Assembly (NCBI GenBank): GCA_963843145.1
Contig: CAWJJC010000010.1
Coordinates: 64,001-128,000, forward strand
Source: an uncultured delta proteobacterium
GTDB taxonomy: Bacteria; Desulfobacterota; RBG-13-43-22
Reading direction: 5' to 3'
DNA length: 64,000 nt
In this document: positions 40,909 to 51,157 of the stretch, in pieces
Position numbering within the stretch: the stretch's first letter is position 1
Layout of the letters: the number at the start of each line of letters is the position of its first letter
Position numbers and translations under genes: made by a program
Notes under the pieces: model-generated
Told to the model about the DNA's origin: nothing
Databases searched by the model: none
The model's input: only the letters and a program-made list of their open reading frames with translations

Positions 40909-42510
40909 TTAGCTGGCCCGGCTGAAGTAATCGGGGGATATTCCCGGCCAGGGGTTGTCGACCTGCTCCATCTGAACCAAGTCAGGCTCGGCCAGCCGGG
41001 TGAAATCCGACAGGTCCTTGGCTGCCCAGATCAACCGCTGAAACCGCTGATGGTGGTGGTGAAATCGTTGGTTGGCGTATTCCTTGGCCTGGGTGGTAAA
41101 CAACAGGAAAGGCCAGTCGCTTCCCTCCATGAGAAGGAGTTCCCGGGCCAGTTGGCGCAATATCCGGTTTCCCCGTTCATCCATATCCCGGCCCGATAAA
41201 GTGACTTGTTCCAAAACTTTTTCCAGCTCGCGGCCGCAGCCGTTGATATAAGGCCAGATCCACCCGTGCTCCGGGTTCAGCCAGACGGTGAAGTCGCTGT
41301 TCATCCCCCAGGTGCTCACCCCCAAATTGATCCTGGAAAAGTCTTCCTTTCGTCGATCTACGAAGTCGCCCAGGCTACCCGTCTTTACCTCCTCTTCTCC
41401 GGCCAGGCGGCGGAAGACCCGGTCGATCCAATCCACCCCTTCATGCCACCAGTGGCCGAAGAGCTCGCCGTCATAAGGACTGACGATAAGCGGTCCCTGG
41501 TTGGAGGTTTCTCGCTCCAGCCGGAAGGCCTCCTCCCGGAGCAAGGAGACAAAATGATCGGCCTGGCTTTCCACCCGCTCCCGGGCCATCTCCGGATCAT
41601 AGCGGGCCTTCTCCGGGCCGCCTGTCACCCGGCAATAATGAAGACCGGATTCGGAATCCTTGGCATGAAATTCCAGGTACCAGGGATCGCCCGGGTAGCC
41701 TGTCTCCGCCGACCAGACCTGGCGGCCGGTGGCTTCATTGCGTCCGAAAACCGCCACCCCGGAGGGCAGCCGGTATCCCCGGCCGGTGCCGGGCCGGCTT
41801 TCCTCATACTTGTTTTCCAGGAAGCCGGCCCGGGTCAGCCCGACCCCCTCCACAAAGAAATAGGCCAGACCCTCGTCGGCCAGCCACTGGTCGATTCCCT
41901 TCCGTTCGCGCTTTTCCGCCTCCACCCACTGGGCCGGGCGGTAGGCGCACTCCGGCAGCCAGAAACCCCGCGGTTGCCGGCCAAAATATTTCCGGTACGT
42001 TTCCACCCCGAGGCGGATTTGAGAGAAGACGCTCGAGTCCCGTTCCAAGAGGGGCAGGAAGCCGTGAGTGGCCGCCGAAGTCAGGACCTCGATCACCCCT
42101 TCTTCCTGGAGCCATTTCAGGGTTCCCAAGATATCCCGGTAGAAGTCATGAACGTAGGCCTGAAAATGGCCTTGGAAGCGCTCCCGCCAGTATTCGGCAA
42201 TCCGCCGGTTCTCGGGATTGCCCTGGAATCTGCGGCAATCCTCCTCGGCCCGGCGGATCTTATCTTCCAGGTACTCGATGAACCTTTGGTTCATATAAGG
42301 ATCGGCCAGTTGCTCGGCCAGAATGGGAACCACGCCGATCATAATCCCCGGGCGGAGCCCATCCATCTGAAATCCGCGCAGTACCCGCAGTAGCGGGATA
42401 TAGGTTTCATTCATGGCCTCGAAGAGCCATTCCTCCCCTGCCGGCCAGACCCCGGACTTACGGCAATAGGGTATGTGGCAATGGAGCATTAGGGCAAAAA
42501 GTCCAGGCAT
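40909..42510 (-). CDS. GH57 1,4-alpha-glucan branching enzyme-like protein
   Basis: LHCHIPY, ETYIPLL, GFWLPECAY, PYDGELFGHWW, SDWPF. Confidence 0.88.
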   Translation of the reverse strand: MPGLFALMLHCHIPYCRKSGVWPAGEEWLFEAMNETYIPLLRVLRGFQMDGLRPGIMIGVVPILAEQLADPYMNQRFIEYLEDKIRRAEEDCRRFQGNPENRRIAEYWRERFQGHFQAYVHDFYRDILGTLKWLQEEGVIEVLTSAATHGFLPLLERDSSVFSQIRLGVETYRKYFGRQPRGFWLPECAYRPAQWVEAEKRERKGIDQWLADEGLAYFFVEGVGLTRAGFLENKYEESRPGTGRGYRLPSGVAVFGRNEATGRQVWSAETGYPGDPWYLEFHAKDSESGLHYCRVTGGPEKARYDPEMARERVESQADHFVSLLREEAFRLERETSNQGPLIVSPYDGELFGHWWHEGVDWIDRVFRRLAGEEEVKTGSLGDFVDRRKEDFSRINLGVSTWGMNSDFTVWLNPEHGWIWPYINGCGRELEKVLEQVTLSGRDMDERGNRILRQLARELLLMEGSDWPFLLFTTQAKEYANQRFHHHHQRFQRLIWAAKDLSDFTRLAEPDLVQMEQVDNPWPGISPDYFSRAS

Positions 42511-42616
42511 ACCTTTTTCCTAACCGATCACTTTACGCATAGCGCAGAGCGTAAAGCGCCAAACGCGCCTTCCGTTTTTTCTTCCCTCTTCCTTCTTCCA
42601 TCTTCCCTCTACGCCT

Positions 42617-43795
42617 TTACCCCTCGTTCCGCACGATCAACGCCACTCCCTGCCCCCCTCCCAGACACATGGTGGCCAGGCCCAGTTCTTTCCCGGAACG
42701 GCGCAGCTCGTAGATGAGCTTGGTCAGGATGACCCCGCCGGTACCGCTGATGGGATGGCCCAGGGCAATGGCCCCGCCGTTGACGTTGACCCTTTCCGGG
42801 TCCAATCCTAATTCGCGGATACAGGCCAGCGCCTGAGAGGCAAAGGCCTCGTTCAGTTCCACCAGGTCGATCGCCGCCAGGGACAGGCCGGTCTTTTTCA
42901 GGACCAAGCGAGTGGCCTCAATCGGTCCAATGCCCATCAAGGAGGGTTCCACCCCGACCGAGGCATAACCGACGATGGACACCAGCGGTTTTAACCCCAG
43001 ATCGCGGGCCTTGTCCCGAGAGGCCACCACCAGGGCGGAGGCCCCATCGTTCATACCGCTGGAGTTGCCCGCCGTCACCGTACCCCCGGAGCGGAATACG
43101 GGCTTCAATTTGGCCAAATCCTCCAATGTGGTCTCCGGCCGCGGATGTTCGTCCTGTTTGAAAAGAAGGACCTTTCCCTTGGATTGCGGCACGGGGACAG
43201 GCACGATCTGCTCTTCAAACAGCCCCAGCTTCAAGGCCTGGGCCGCCTTCTTCTGGCTCTCCAGGGCAAAGGCATCCTGATCGGCCCGGTTGATCTGATA
43301 TTTTTCGGCCACATTTTCGGCCGTTTCCCCCATGGTGTTGCCGCTGATGGGATCGAACAGGACCAACTGGTCCATGAGCTGCCCATGCCCCAGCCGGTAT
43401 CCCCAACGGGCTTTGGTCAGGAGATAACCGGCGTTACTCATGTGTTCCAGCCCTCCGGCCACCAGGACCTGGGCGTCACCGGCCTTGATCGCCTGGGCCG
43501 CCAGAAAAACCGATTTCAGCGATCCGCCGCAGGCCTTGGCCACGGTAAAATTAGGCACCGGGATGGGGATCCCGGCGTCCACGGATATGGGCCGCGCCAT
43601 ATTGGGCGGCAGGTCCCCGGTCCGGTATTGCTGGGCAAAAACAACTTCCTCCACCTGGCCCGGCTCCAGGCCGGCCCTTTCCATGGCGGCTTTAATCACC
43701 AAAGCCCCCAGGGCCCGGTCGGTGACCCCTTTCAGGGTCCCGCCAAACCGTCCCACCGCCGTTCGCACGGCACTGACGATCACAGGTTCATTCAT
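42617..43795 (-). CDS. Acetyl-CoA acetyltransferase (thiolase)
   Basis: [26 protein letters not shown]. Confidence 0.92.
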   Translation of the reverse strand: MNEPVIVSAVRTAVGRFGGTLKGVTDRALGALVIKAAMERAGLEPGQVEEVVFAQQYRTGDLPPNMARPISVDAGIPIPVPNFTVAKACGGSLKSVFLAAQAIKAGDAQVLVAGGLEHMSNAGYLLTKARWGYRLGHGQLMDQLVLFDPISGNTMGETAENVAEKYQINRADQDAFALESQKKAAQALKLGLFEEQIVPVPVPQSKGKVLLFKQDEHPRPETTLEDLAKLKPVFRSGGTVTAGNSSGMNDGASALVVASRDKARDLGLKPLVSIVGYASVGVEPSLMGIGPIEATRLVLKKTGLSLAAIDLVELNEAFASQALACIRELGLDPERVNVNGGAIALGHPISGTGGVILTKLIYELRRSGKELGLATMCLGGGQGVALIVRNEG

Positions 43796-43980
43796 AGTAT
43801 TTTCCCTTATTTTAAAAAGTTTTATTAGACAGGATTAACAGGATATTCCCTCCGTTTTAGACCAAGGATAGATTGCGATCCCCATAAAGCCCGCCCTTGT
43901 TTTTTTTCTTTTTTGCTTCCTTCTTCCCTCTTCGATCTTCCCTCTCCACTCAAGGCGGACCATCCGCCTTGGCGCCTCAA

Positions 43981-44865
43981 TCAGGCCTTCGTCGGTCCCA
44001 ACCGGCTCCCGTCCGGGCCGTATTCGTACCAGCCGCGGCCGGTCTTGCGGCCCAGCCATCCGGCCTGGACCCTCCGCCGCAGCACGGCCGGCGGATACCA
44101 GCGGGGGTCTTTGGTCTCCTCGTAAATCGCCAGCAGGGCCCCGTGGGTCACGTCCAGGCCCACCAGGTCTCCGGTTTCAAAGATGCCCATCTTGCGTCCG
44201 GAAGCCAGCCGCAACCCCTTGTCCACATCCTCGATGCCGGCCACGCCCATCTCCACCAGGCGCATGGCTTCCAACGCTGCCGGAAAATTGATACGATTGA
44301 TCAGGAAGCCGGGTACGTCCTTGTGAACCAGGATCGGCTCTTTTTTGACCTGAAGGACAAACCGTCGTCCGGCCTCAAAGGCCTCGTCGCTGGTGAATTG
44401 ACCGCGGACGACCTCCACGGCTTCCATCATGGGGGCCGGGCTGAAGAAGTGCAGACCCAGGACCTTATCGGGTCGTCGGGTCCCGGCCGCCAGGGTACTG
44501 ATGCTGATGGCGCTGGTATTGGAGGCCAGCAGGGCCTCCGGCCGGGCCGCGGTGTCAAACCGGGCAAATATCTCCTGTTTGACTTCCAATTTTTCGAAGA
44601 CGGCCTCGAGACATAGATCGGCCTCCGCCGTCCGGGTGAAATCCGTGGTAGTGGCAATGCGGCCCATCACGGCCTCCAACGGCCCGACCGCCTTTCCTTT
44701 TTCAATCAGCTTCCCGGCGCTCCAGGCAATATTCTTAGTTGCCTTTTCCAGCACCTCCGGCCCGATATCGCCGAGGATTACTTCCAGCCCGGCCTGGGCG
44801 CAGACCTGCGCGATGCCCGACCCCATAAGCCCGGCACCGGCTATAAAGACTTTGTTAATTTCCAT
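43981..44865 (-). CDS. 3-hydroxyacyl-CoA (3-hydroxybutyryl-CoA) dehydrogenase
   Basis: GAGLMGSGIAQ, SNTS, GLHFF, GRKTGRG. Confidence 0.92.
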   Translation of the reverse strand: MEINKVFIAGAGLMGSGIAQVCAQAGLEVILGDIGPEVLEKATKNIAWSAGKLIEKGKAVGPLEAVMGRIATTTDFTRTAEADLCLEAVFEKLEVKQEIFARFDTAARPEALLASNTSAISISTLAAGTRRPDKVLGLHFFSPAPMMEAVEVVRGQFTSDEAFEAGRRFVLQVKKEPILVHKDVPGFLINRINFPAALEAMRLVEMGVAGIEDVDKGLRLASGRKMGIFETGDLVGLDVTHGALLAIYEETKDPRWYPPAVLRRRVQAGWLGRKTGRGWYEYGPDGSRLGPTKA

Positions 44866-44910
44866 ATACTGTTTTCCTTTGCGTTCTTCGCGTCTTTGCG
44901 GTGATGAAAT

Positions 44911-46065
44911 TTATTTTGCTGTTACGCTTTCCGGCAGCCGTCGGGTGAGTATATCCACGGTTTCTTCGACCATCTCCTCCAGGACCTGACGGGCGGGTTT
45001 GATCTCCTTGATCAATCCGGAGATCTGGCCGGCGAGGCCCCCCACATATTCGTCCTGGTTGGCCTCCACAAAGGCCCCTAACAGCGCGGAAGAAATCAAC
45101 ACCTGGGAAGGAAACGGCAGGGGCTCCAGGCCGGATTGATCCCAGAGATCATGGTACCGGTTGTAACTGGCCCGCAAGGTCTTGCCCGAATAAGCCCGGC
45201 TAACCCGGGTATCCTCATCGGTGGATTCGATGATCCGACGCTTGTTCACATCCAGGGCCCCGCCCTCGTTGGTGGCCAGGAACCGGGTTCCCACCCAGAC
45301 CCCGATGCAGCCCATGGCCAGGGCCGCGGCCACACCCCGACCGTCGCCGATGCCGCCGGCGGCCAGCACGGGAACCGGGAAGGCGGCATCCATGGCCTGA
45401 GGTAGCAAGGCCATGGTCCCGATCCGACCGGTGTGTCCTCCGCCCTCGTGCCCCTGGGCCACCAGGAGGTCGATACCGGACTGAGCCATCCGCCTAGCAT
45501 TTTTGGCGTTTCCCGTAATGCCCAGCACTTTGATGCCCAGGGCATGGGCCTCCTCCACCATAAAGCCCGGGTTCCCCAATCCGGCGCAGAACAGGGGGAC
45601 TCTCTCTTCGAGGCAGACCTTCACCGCCTCCAGGGGGCGCATGGTAGTGGTATTCATGCGGACCATGATCTCCGCCTCAGGTAGGACCATCTCCCGCCGG
45701 ATTTTTTCGACCCAGTCCCGATGGGCCTGCGGAATGGACTGCAAGACCAGGCTGAGAGGTATCTTATCCGCCCCCGCCTGGCCGAGTCCGCCGCCCATAT
45801 CCAGCTTCTGCGGCAGAAGGAGGTCCACCCCAAAGGGTTTATCAGTCAGCGTCTTGATCTGCCGGATGGCCTCTCGCAATTCATCCACCGTGTAGCCGCT
45901 GCCGCCCAGGACTCCCAGGCCGCCGGCCTCCGAAACGGCCACCACCAGCTCCACGGGCGCGCCGGTCCGCTCGCCGATCAGCGTCGGCCCCATACCGGCG
46001 CTGAGAATAGGATATTCAATCCCAAGAAGATCACAAAGTTTTGTTCGAAGCACTCGTTTGGCCAT
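44911..46065 (-). CDS. Nitronate monooxygenase/FabK-like flavoprotein
   Basis: AQGHEGGGHTG, AAGGIGDG, VGTRFLAT. Confidence 0.85.
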   Translation of the reverse strand: MAKRVLRTKLCDLLGIEYPILSAGMGPTLIGERTGAPVELVVAVSEAGGLGVLGGSGYTVDELREAIRQIKTLTDKPFGVDLLLPQKLDMGGGLGQAGADKIPLSLVLQSIPQAHRDWVEKIRREMVLPEAEIMVRMNTTTMRPLEAVKVCLEERVPLFCAGLGNPGFMVEEAHALGIKVLGITGNAKNARRMAQSGIDLLVAQGHEGGGHTGRIGTMALLPQAMDAAFPVPVLAAGGIGDGRGVAAALAMGCIGVWVGTRFLATNEGGALDVNKRRIIESTDEDTRVSRAYSGKTLRASYNRYHDLWDQSGLEPLPFPSQVLISSALLGAFVEANQDEYVGGLAGQISGLIKEIKPARQVLEEMVEETVDILTRRLPESVTAK

Positions 46066-46139
46066 AGTTCCTCCTAAATTTGCCTTTCTATTATTACGAA
46101 AATATAGTCGACCTTCTCTTTCAGGTCTTGGTTTTGGCC

Positions 46140-46226
46140 GTCATGCCGGACCCGATCCGGCATCCAGGGCATTTAAAGCCTAAACGGCGCTGGATTCCGG
46201 ATCTCGCTTCGCTCCCCCGGAATGAC
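46140..46226. repeat. GTCAT...ATGAC palindromic element (copy D)
   Basis: gtcatgccggacccgatccggcatccag...ctggattccgg...ccggaatgac. Confidence 0.75.
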
Positions 46227-46297
46227 GCCTCTTTCCCGCTATTCTTTTTTGTTCAGCCGCGTCGACTCTCTAGACTAATGACTGGCTCCAATCTTGG

Positions 46298-47368
46298 CTA
46301 ACCCGCCTGTTCGACTATCTGTTGCGCGGTTTTTTCCAGTACCCGGACGCCGTGGATCAAAGCGGCAAAGCGCTCATCTTTGGTCTGGCCATGAAAATAA
46401 CGGTAATAGATTTGCTGAGCGATTACTGCCAGCCGAAAAACGCCGAAGCAGTAATAAAAATCGAAACAGGCGGTGTCCCGCCCGGTTTTTTCGCCATACC
46501 GGCTGATCAGTTCCTTCCGGGTCAGGGCCCCGTCAATATGGGTGGGCATGTTCCGCAGCAGGTGGGCCTCAGGAGGATCGTCTTTCTCGACCCAGTAGGC
46601 CAGCGTGTTGCCCAGGTCCATGAGAGGGTCTCCGATGGTGGCCATCTCCCAGTCCAGGACCCCGATGATCCGGAAAGGGTCCCGGGCCTCGATCACCAGG
46701 TTGTCGAGCCGGTAATCGTTGTGGACCAGGGTCGGCCGATCGGTATCCGCCGGCATCTGCCCGGCAATCCAGGCCATGATCCCTTCAAAATCGGGGGCGT
46801 CGGGCGTTCGGGCCGCCCGGTATCTTTTGCTCCAGCCTTCCACCTGCCGTCGCACATAGCCTTCCGGCTTGCCGAAATTTTCCAGCCCGATTTTTCTATA
46901 GTCAATGGAGTGAAGTTCCACCAATACGTCCAGGAACCTTTCAAAAAGATTTCGGGCCTGTTCGGGGGTAATCACCAAACCCGGGGGAAGATCTTTTCGC
47001 AGGATCAGTCCATCGATCCGGGCCATGACATAGAACGGGCTGCCGATCACGGATTCATCTTCGGTATAGACTAGGGGTTCCGGACAATACGAATAGACCG
47101 ACCGCAGGGCCTTAAGTATCCGGTATTCCCGGCCCATATCATGGGCGGTTTTGGCCTTGGTCCCGAAAGGCGGCCGACGAAGAACCAGATCCCGGTTTTT
47201 AAAAGAAAGCAAATAGGTCAGATTGGAAAACCCTCGGGGAAACTGCCGAACGGACAAGGGTCCCTCCAACCCGGGGACCGAAGCCTGCAAAAAAGCTTCG
47301 ACCCGAGCCGGATCCAGTTCCTCTCCCACTCGAATCGCAGTGGCCTGGTCAGTGTAATTCATTCCCAA
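46298..47368 (-). CDS. APH-family phosphotransferase (ACAD10/11 kinase domain/LvaA-like)
   Basis: GFSNLTY, LRRPP, AHDMGRE, HNDYRLDN, LDWEMATIGDP. Confidence 0.88.
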   Translation of the reverse strand: MGMNYTDQATAIRVGEELDPARVEAFLQASVPGLEGPLSVRQFPRGFSNLTYLLSFKNRDLVLRRPPFGTKAKTAHDMGREYRILKALRSVYSYCPEPLVYTEDESVIGSPFYVMARIDGLILRKDLPPGLVITPEQARNLFERFLDVLVELHSIDYRKIGLENFGKPEGYVRRQVEGWSKRYRAARTPDAPDFEGIMAWIAGQMPADTDRPTLVHNDYRLDNLVIEARDPFRIIGVLDWEMATIGDPLMDLGNTLAYWVEKDDPPEAHLLRNMPTHIDGALTRKELISRYGEKTGRDTACFDFYYCFGVFRLAVIAQQIYYRYFHGQTKDERFAALIHGVRVLEKTAQQIVEQAG

Positions 47369-47382
47369 CCTCCCTAAAACTT

Positions 47383-47569
47383 AAATTCAAAATCCGAAAT
47401 CCGAAACAAATTCAAATGATCAAATTTCAAAATTTGAAACAAGGATTCTTTCTAAACCCGCCAGAGCTTTTGTTTTGATCATTTGGATTTTGGACCTTCG
47501 TTTGCTTGAGGATTTCGGCGTTCGGTCGACGCTCAGCCGAGTCGATTTCGTGCTTCGAATTTCGGATTT
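47383..47569. repeat. Heptamer-based (AAATCCG) inverted repeat element
   Basis: aaatccgaaatccgaaacaaattc ... ttcgaatttcggattt. Confidence 0.7.
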
Positions 47570-47602
47570 AAGGATCGCAACTGTAAACCTATAGTGTAAG
47601 GA

Positions 47603-48808
47603 TTACCGTATATTCTTCCCTTCATATTCCCGCAGAATCCGACGCGCCACGGTAACTTTGTGTACCTCGTCCACACCGTCATAGATTCGGGCGGCCCGTT
47701 CGTGACGGAAGTAGAAGGCAATGATGGTGTCGTCGGTCATGCCCAACCCGCCGTGCACCTGCAGGGCCCGGTCTATGACTTTTTGCATGACCCCGGCCAC
47801 ATAAAATTTTATCAGAGAAATTTCCTCCCGGGCCTCTTTTTGTCCCTGATGCTCCATCTTCCAGGCAGCGTGGAGGACCATCAGCCGGGCCGCCTGGATT
47901 TCTGCCGCGCACTCGGCAATCCAGGTCTGGATGATCTGACGGGTAGCCAGGGTCTTTCCGGGGGCGATCTCCCGCTTCAAAGCCCGGGCGCACATCAGGG
48001 AAAAGATGCGGTTGCAGATCCCGATCCAGCGCATGCAGTGGTGGATCCGCCCCGGTCCTAACCGCTCCTGGGCCATGACAAAGCCGGCCCCCTCGGGGCC
48101 GAGCAGGTTTTTTTGGGGAACCCGGCAGGACTGGTAAAGAATTTCGGCATGACTGGCCCAGCCGGAGCCCTCGTGCCCCATGACGGGGATATTTCGGATC
48201 CGGTTGAAACCGGGCGTATCGGTGGGTACGATGATCATGCTGGCCCGCAAGTAGGGAGAGGCCTCCGGGTTGGTTACCGCCATGACGATGGCAAAGGCCG
48301 CCCCATCGGCGCTGGAGGTATACCATTTGTGGCCGTTGATGACGTAATGGTCTCCGTCTTTTACGGCGGTGGTGTCGAGCATCACGGGGTTGGAACCCGC
48401 TAGTTCTACTTCGGTCATGGAAAAGCAGCTTCGAATCTTCCCTTCCACCAGGGGCTGGAGGTAGCGGGCTTTTTGATCCTCCGTGCCGTGCAGGTGCAGT
48501 ATTTCAATGTTACCGGCATCGGGGGCCTGGGCCCCGAAGACAAAATGCCCCAGGGGCGACCTTCCCAGGGCTTCCGACACCAGGCCGAACTCCACCAGAT
48601 CGAGCCCCAGGCCGCCGTATTCCTTGGGGTGCTGGGGGGCCCAGAGTTCCATCTGCTTCACCAGTCGCCGCTTTTCTTCCAACTCCGGCAGAAGCTCCAC
48701 AAAATTTTTCTTCAAATATTCCGGTTCCAGGGGAATGAGTTCCTTGTCCACGAACTCATTCATCATTTCGAGAATAGCCTGCATCTTTTCCGATATTTCA
48801 AAATCCAT
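47603..48808 (-). CDS. Acyl-CoA dehydrogenase (ACAD10/11 or LvaC-like)
   Basis: APDAGNIEIL, RSCFSMTE, RLGPGRIHHCMR, RIYDGVDEVH. Confidence 0.9.
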   Translation of the reverse strand: MDFEISEKMQAILEMMNEFVDKELIPLEPEYLKKNFVELLPELEEKRRLVKQMELWAPQHPKEYGGLGLDLVEFGLVSEALGRSPLGHFVFGAQAPDAGNIEILHLHGTEDQKARYLQPLVEGKIRSCFSMTEVELAGSNPVMLDTTAVKDGDHYVINGHKWYTSSADGAAFAIVMAVTNPEASPYLRASMIIVPTDTPGFNRIRNIPVMGHEGSGWASHAEILYQSCRVPQKNLLGPEGAGFVMAQERLGPGRIHHCMRWIGICNRIFSLMCARALKREIAPGKTLATRQIIQTWIAECAAEIQAARLMVLHAAWKMEHQGQKEAREEISLIKFYVAGVMQKVIDRALQVHGGLGMTDDTIIAFYFRHERAARIYDGVDEVHKVTVARRILREYEGKNIR

Positions 48809-48929
48809 TTATTACTCCCATTCCTATAGAGGTTGTTTTTCTCTCATCTGTCTGTCTTCTCTATTCTGTCCGCTGTCTTATGTTTTTTCTTCCATCTTCT
48901 ATCTTCCCTCTTCCATCAAAACCCACCGG

Positions 48930-49637
48930 CTACCTATACGTGAGTAGTTCCGGTTCCCGGTTTATCTCCAGGTGGGCCACGTTGTTGAAGGAAGACAAAG
49001 TCAAACGGTCGCGGTTATATTTGAAAGTGGAGACGGAGGCGTTTCGAACCTGCCAGGATAATTGAACCGTCTCTCGATCCGACAGAGACAAGGCCATTTT
49101 TAAGATGGCCGACAACGGCCCTCCCGAAGTGACCAGGGCCACGGTCTTTCCCGGGCCGCTTGCCGACAGGATGCGCATGATTCCTTCCCGGACTCGCCGG
49201 TTAAAGTCCAACCAGGATTCCAGATCCCCGGCTTCTGGCGATTCGGCCATCCAGCGGGAAAGAGACCGGTCCAGAATCCGCTGCAGGGCTCGACGATCGG
49301 TCTGGAGGCGAGGGAGATCCCGTTCCAGGGAGGGGTCCTCCCGGATCAGGTGCGGAAGCTGTGTCCGGATCACGGCCGAGGAATCGTACTCATTGAACTC
49401 CGGCAGGATGGACAATTCCGATTGAGGGACGTCAGGACCGAAGCAGGACCGAAGCGGTTCGGCCGTAGCCACCTGTCGTTTCAGGGAGCCGGAATAGATG
49501 GCCTCAAACCGCGTGCCGATCCGGTTAAAAAAAGCCTCGAGCAGGCGGGCCTGCCGGATCCCCAGTTCGGAGAGTTGATCATAGTCGTTCTGGCCGAAAG
49601 AGGCCTGGGCATGCCGGATAACGTAAAGATCTCCCAA
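48930..49637 (-). CDS. Histidine phosphatase
   Basis: LYVIRHAQASFG; paralog of 10334-11041. Confidence 0.9.
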   Translation of the reverse strand: MGDLYVIRHAQASFGQNDYDQLSELGIRQARLLEAFFNRIGTRFEAIYSGSLKRQVATAEPLRSCFGPDVPQSELSILPEFNEYDSSAVIRTQLPHLIREDPSLERDLPRLQTDRRALQRILDRSLSRWMAESPEAGDLESWLDFNRRVREGIMRILSASGPGKTVALVTSGGPLSAILKMALSLSDRETVQLSWQVRNASVSTFKYNRDRLTLSSFNNVAHLEINREPELLTYR

Positions 49638-50960
49638 TTAACTCACCGTGAAAAAAGCTTCCTCAAACTCCGGACGGCCGGCGTAACGCTTCAAGTAAAA
49701 ACCCGGGGCCAGATCGATATCCTCAAAGAATTTTTCATTGACCTCGATTCCGGACTGCTGCAGGGCCTGGACCAATTCATTCCTGGATGGAGGGCAGCCT
49801 TTAACCGGGATCATTTCCCGAATATCGGGATGGTCTTTATTGGCCTGAACCATGCATTTCCCCAGGAGGATAGTCTTCTTCATGCCGGGGGTGGGTTTCA
49901 TGGCCTTGCCGGTAAGGATTTCCACTTCATCCCAGGGGCTTCCCTTCCAGGCCTTGGCGATGGCCATGAGGATTACCCGGGTCAGCCCGGAACAATAAGT
50001 ACACATGGTCAAATCGTATTTTTTGTAGGACAGGCCCTGGATGCCCATTTCGGCCATGGGTCGGGGCAGGGTGCCGGCTTCGTTATAGGGAAAGAAATAT
50101 TCATGGCGGGCCGCCACCGCCTCAATATTTTCCCCGACCACCTCTATCCCGGACAGGTCCGGTTGCCGGCCCTGGATGCCGGCGGCGTGAACCAGATGGG
50201 GGACCTCGGCCGGTTCATACCCCAAGACCTTGGCGCCTACAAAATCGGCTGATAAGATATCCGCCGAGGCAATCAGGAGATTGCTGCGTCGAATCGTCCC
50301 ATCAAACCCGGGACCCCGCTCATTGGTGTAAATCCCGTCCAGCACGGTCAGACAGGGAGGAACGGCCTTAGCCAGGCGGCCGACCATATAATGCAGATCT
50401 TTTTGGGGATCGGCCCCATGACATTTTTTCCGGGAGTTGATATTGATCAGTCCCTTCAGGTTTTTGATCCCCAGGGAGACAACGGCCTGGGCATGGGTTT
50501 TCAGCACCGGCAGATCGACCAGGAAGTCGCTTTCCAGAAAATCGACGTTGAAGTGCAGGGCCACTCCGTCCCCGAGATCCACTTTTTTAAAAGGACGTTC
50601 CAGAACGTTGACCACCCGGACCCCATACCTTTTTTTCAGCCGGTTATAACCAAGCGTTTCAAAGGCATGAGCCGGGGTTTCAGGGTCCTTGACCGTACGG
50701 GTGACCATTCCTTCCCCGATGGTAATGTCCCCGATCCCTCTTTCTTGCAGCAGGTGGACCAGGTCTTCTACCACCCGGGAAGTGGTGATCACCCCCCATT
50801 TGGGAAAAGGGGTGAAGCGGGTCCAGAAAACAATATTCGGTTTGATAAACACACGGGCCTGGGAGGGGAGGTGATCCAAGCCGCGGCATTGCTCGACGGC
50901 CCGGCGCACCGATTCCAGGGGTTTTTCATAGCGGACGATGGAAACCAAGGAGGGATTCAT
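49638..50960 (-). CDS. DUF362-domain Fe-S protein
   Basis: FIKPN, LPVLKTH, SLGIKNLKG; C-terminal CxxC...C...GCPP. Confidence 0.8.
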   Translation of the reverse strand: MNPSLVSIVRYEKPLESVRRAVEQCRGLDHLPSQARVFIKPNIVFWTRFTPFPKWGVITTSRVVEDLVHLLQERGIGDITIGEGMVTRTVKDPETPAHAFETLGYNRLKKRYGVRVVNVLERPFKKVDLGDGVALHFNVDFLESDFLVDLPVLKTHAQAVVSLGIKNLKGLININSRKKCHGADPQKDLHYMVGRLAKAVPPCLTVLDGIYTNERGPGFDGTIRRSNLLIASADILSADFVGAKVLGYEPAEVPHLVHAAGIQGRQPDLSGIEVVGENIEAVAARHEYFFPYNEAGTLPRPMAEMGIQGLSYKKYDLTMCTYCSGLTRVILMAIAKAWKGSPWDEVEILTGKAMKPTPGMKKTILLGKCMVQANKDHPDIREMIPVKGCPPSRNELVQALQQSGIEVNEKFFEDIDLAPGFYLKRYAGRPEFEEAFFTVS

Positions 50961-50993
50961 AGGACCTCTATTTATCATTTCGAAATACAAACC

Positions 50994-51075
50994 GCAGGAT
51001 AGGTAGAGGGAACGAAACCCAACAGTACAGCAGGCTCCCTACCCGTTGGATTTCGCCTTGTTTTCCCTAACCTAC
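50994..51075. repeat. REPIN-like element
   Basis: ggtagagggaacgaaacccaac ... gttggatttcg...aacctac. Confidence 0.55.
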
Positions 51076-51157
51076 CAAATTCACAATTTTCAACAATCAA
51101 TTGTCAATTAACAATTAAGAATTGATTATTGATTATTAAGTTTTCCCCTGGTTTTTT

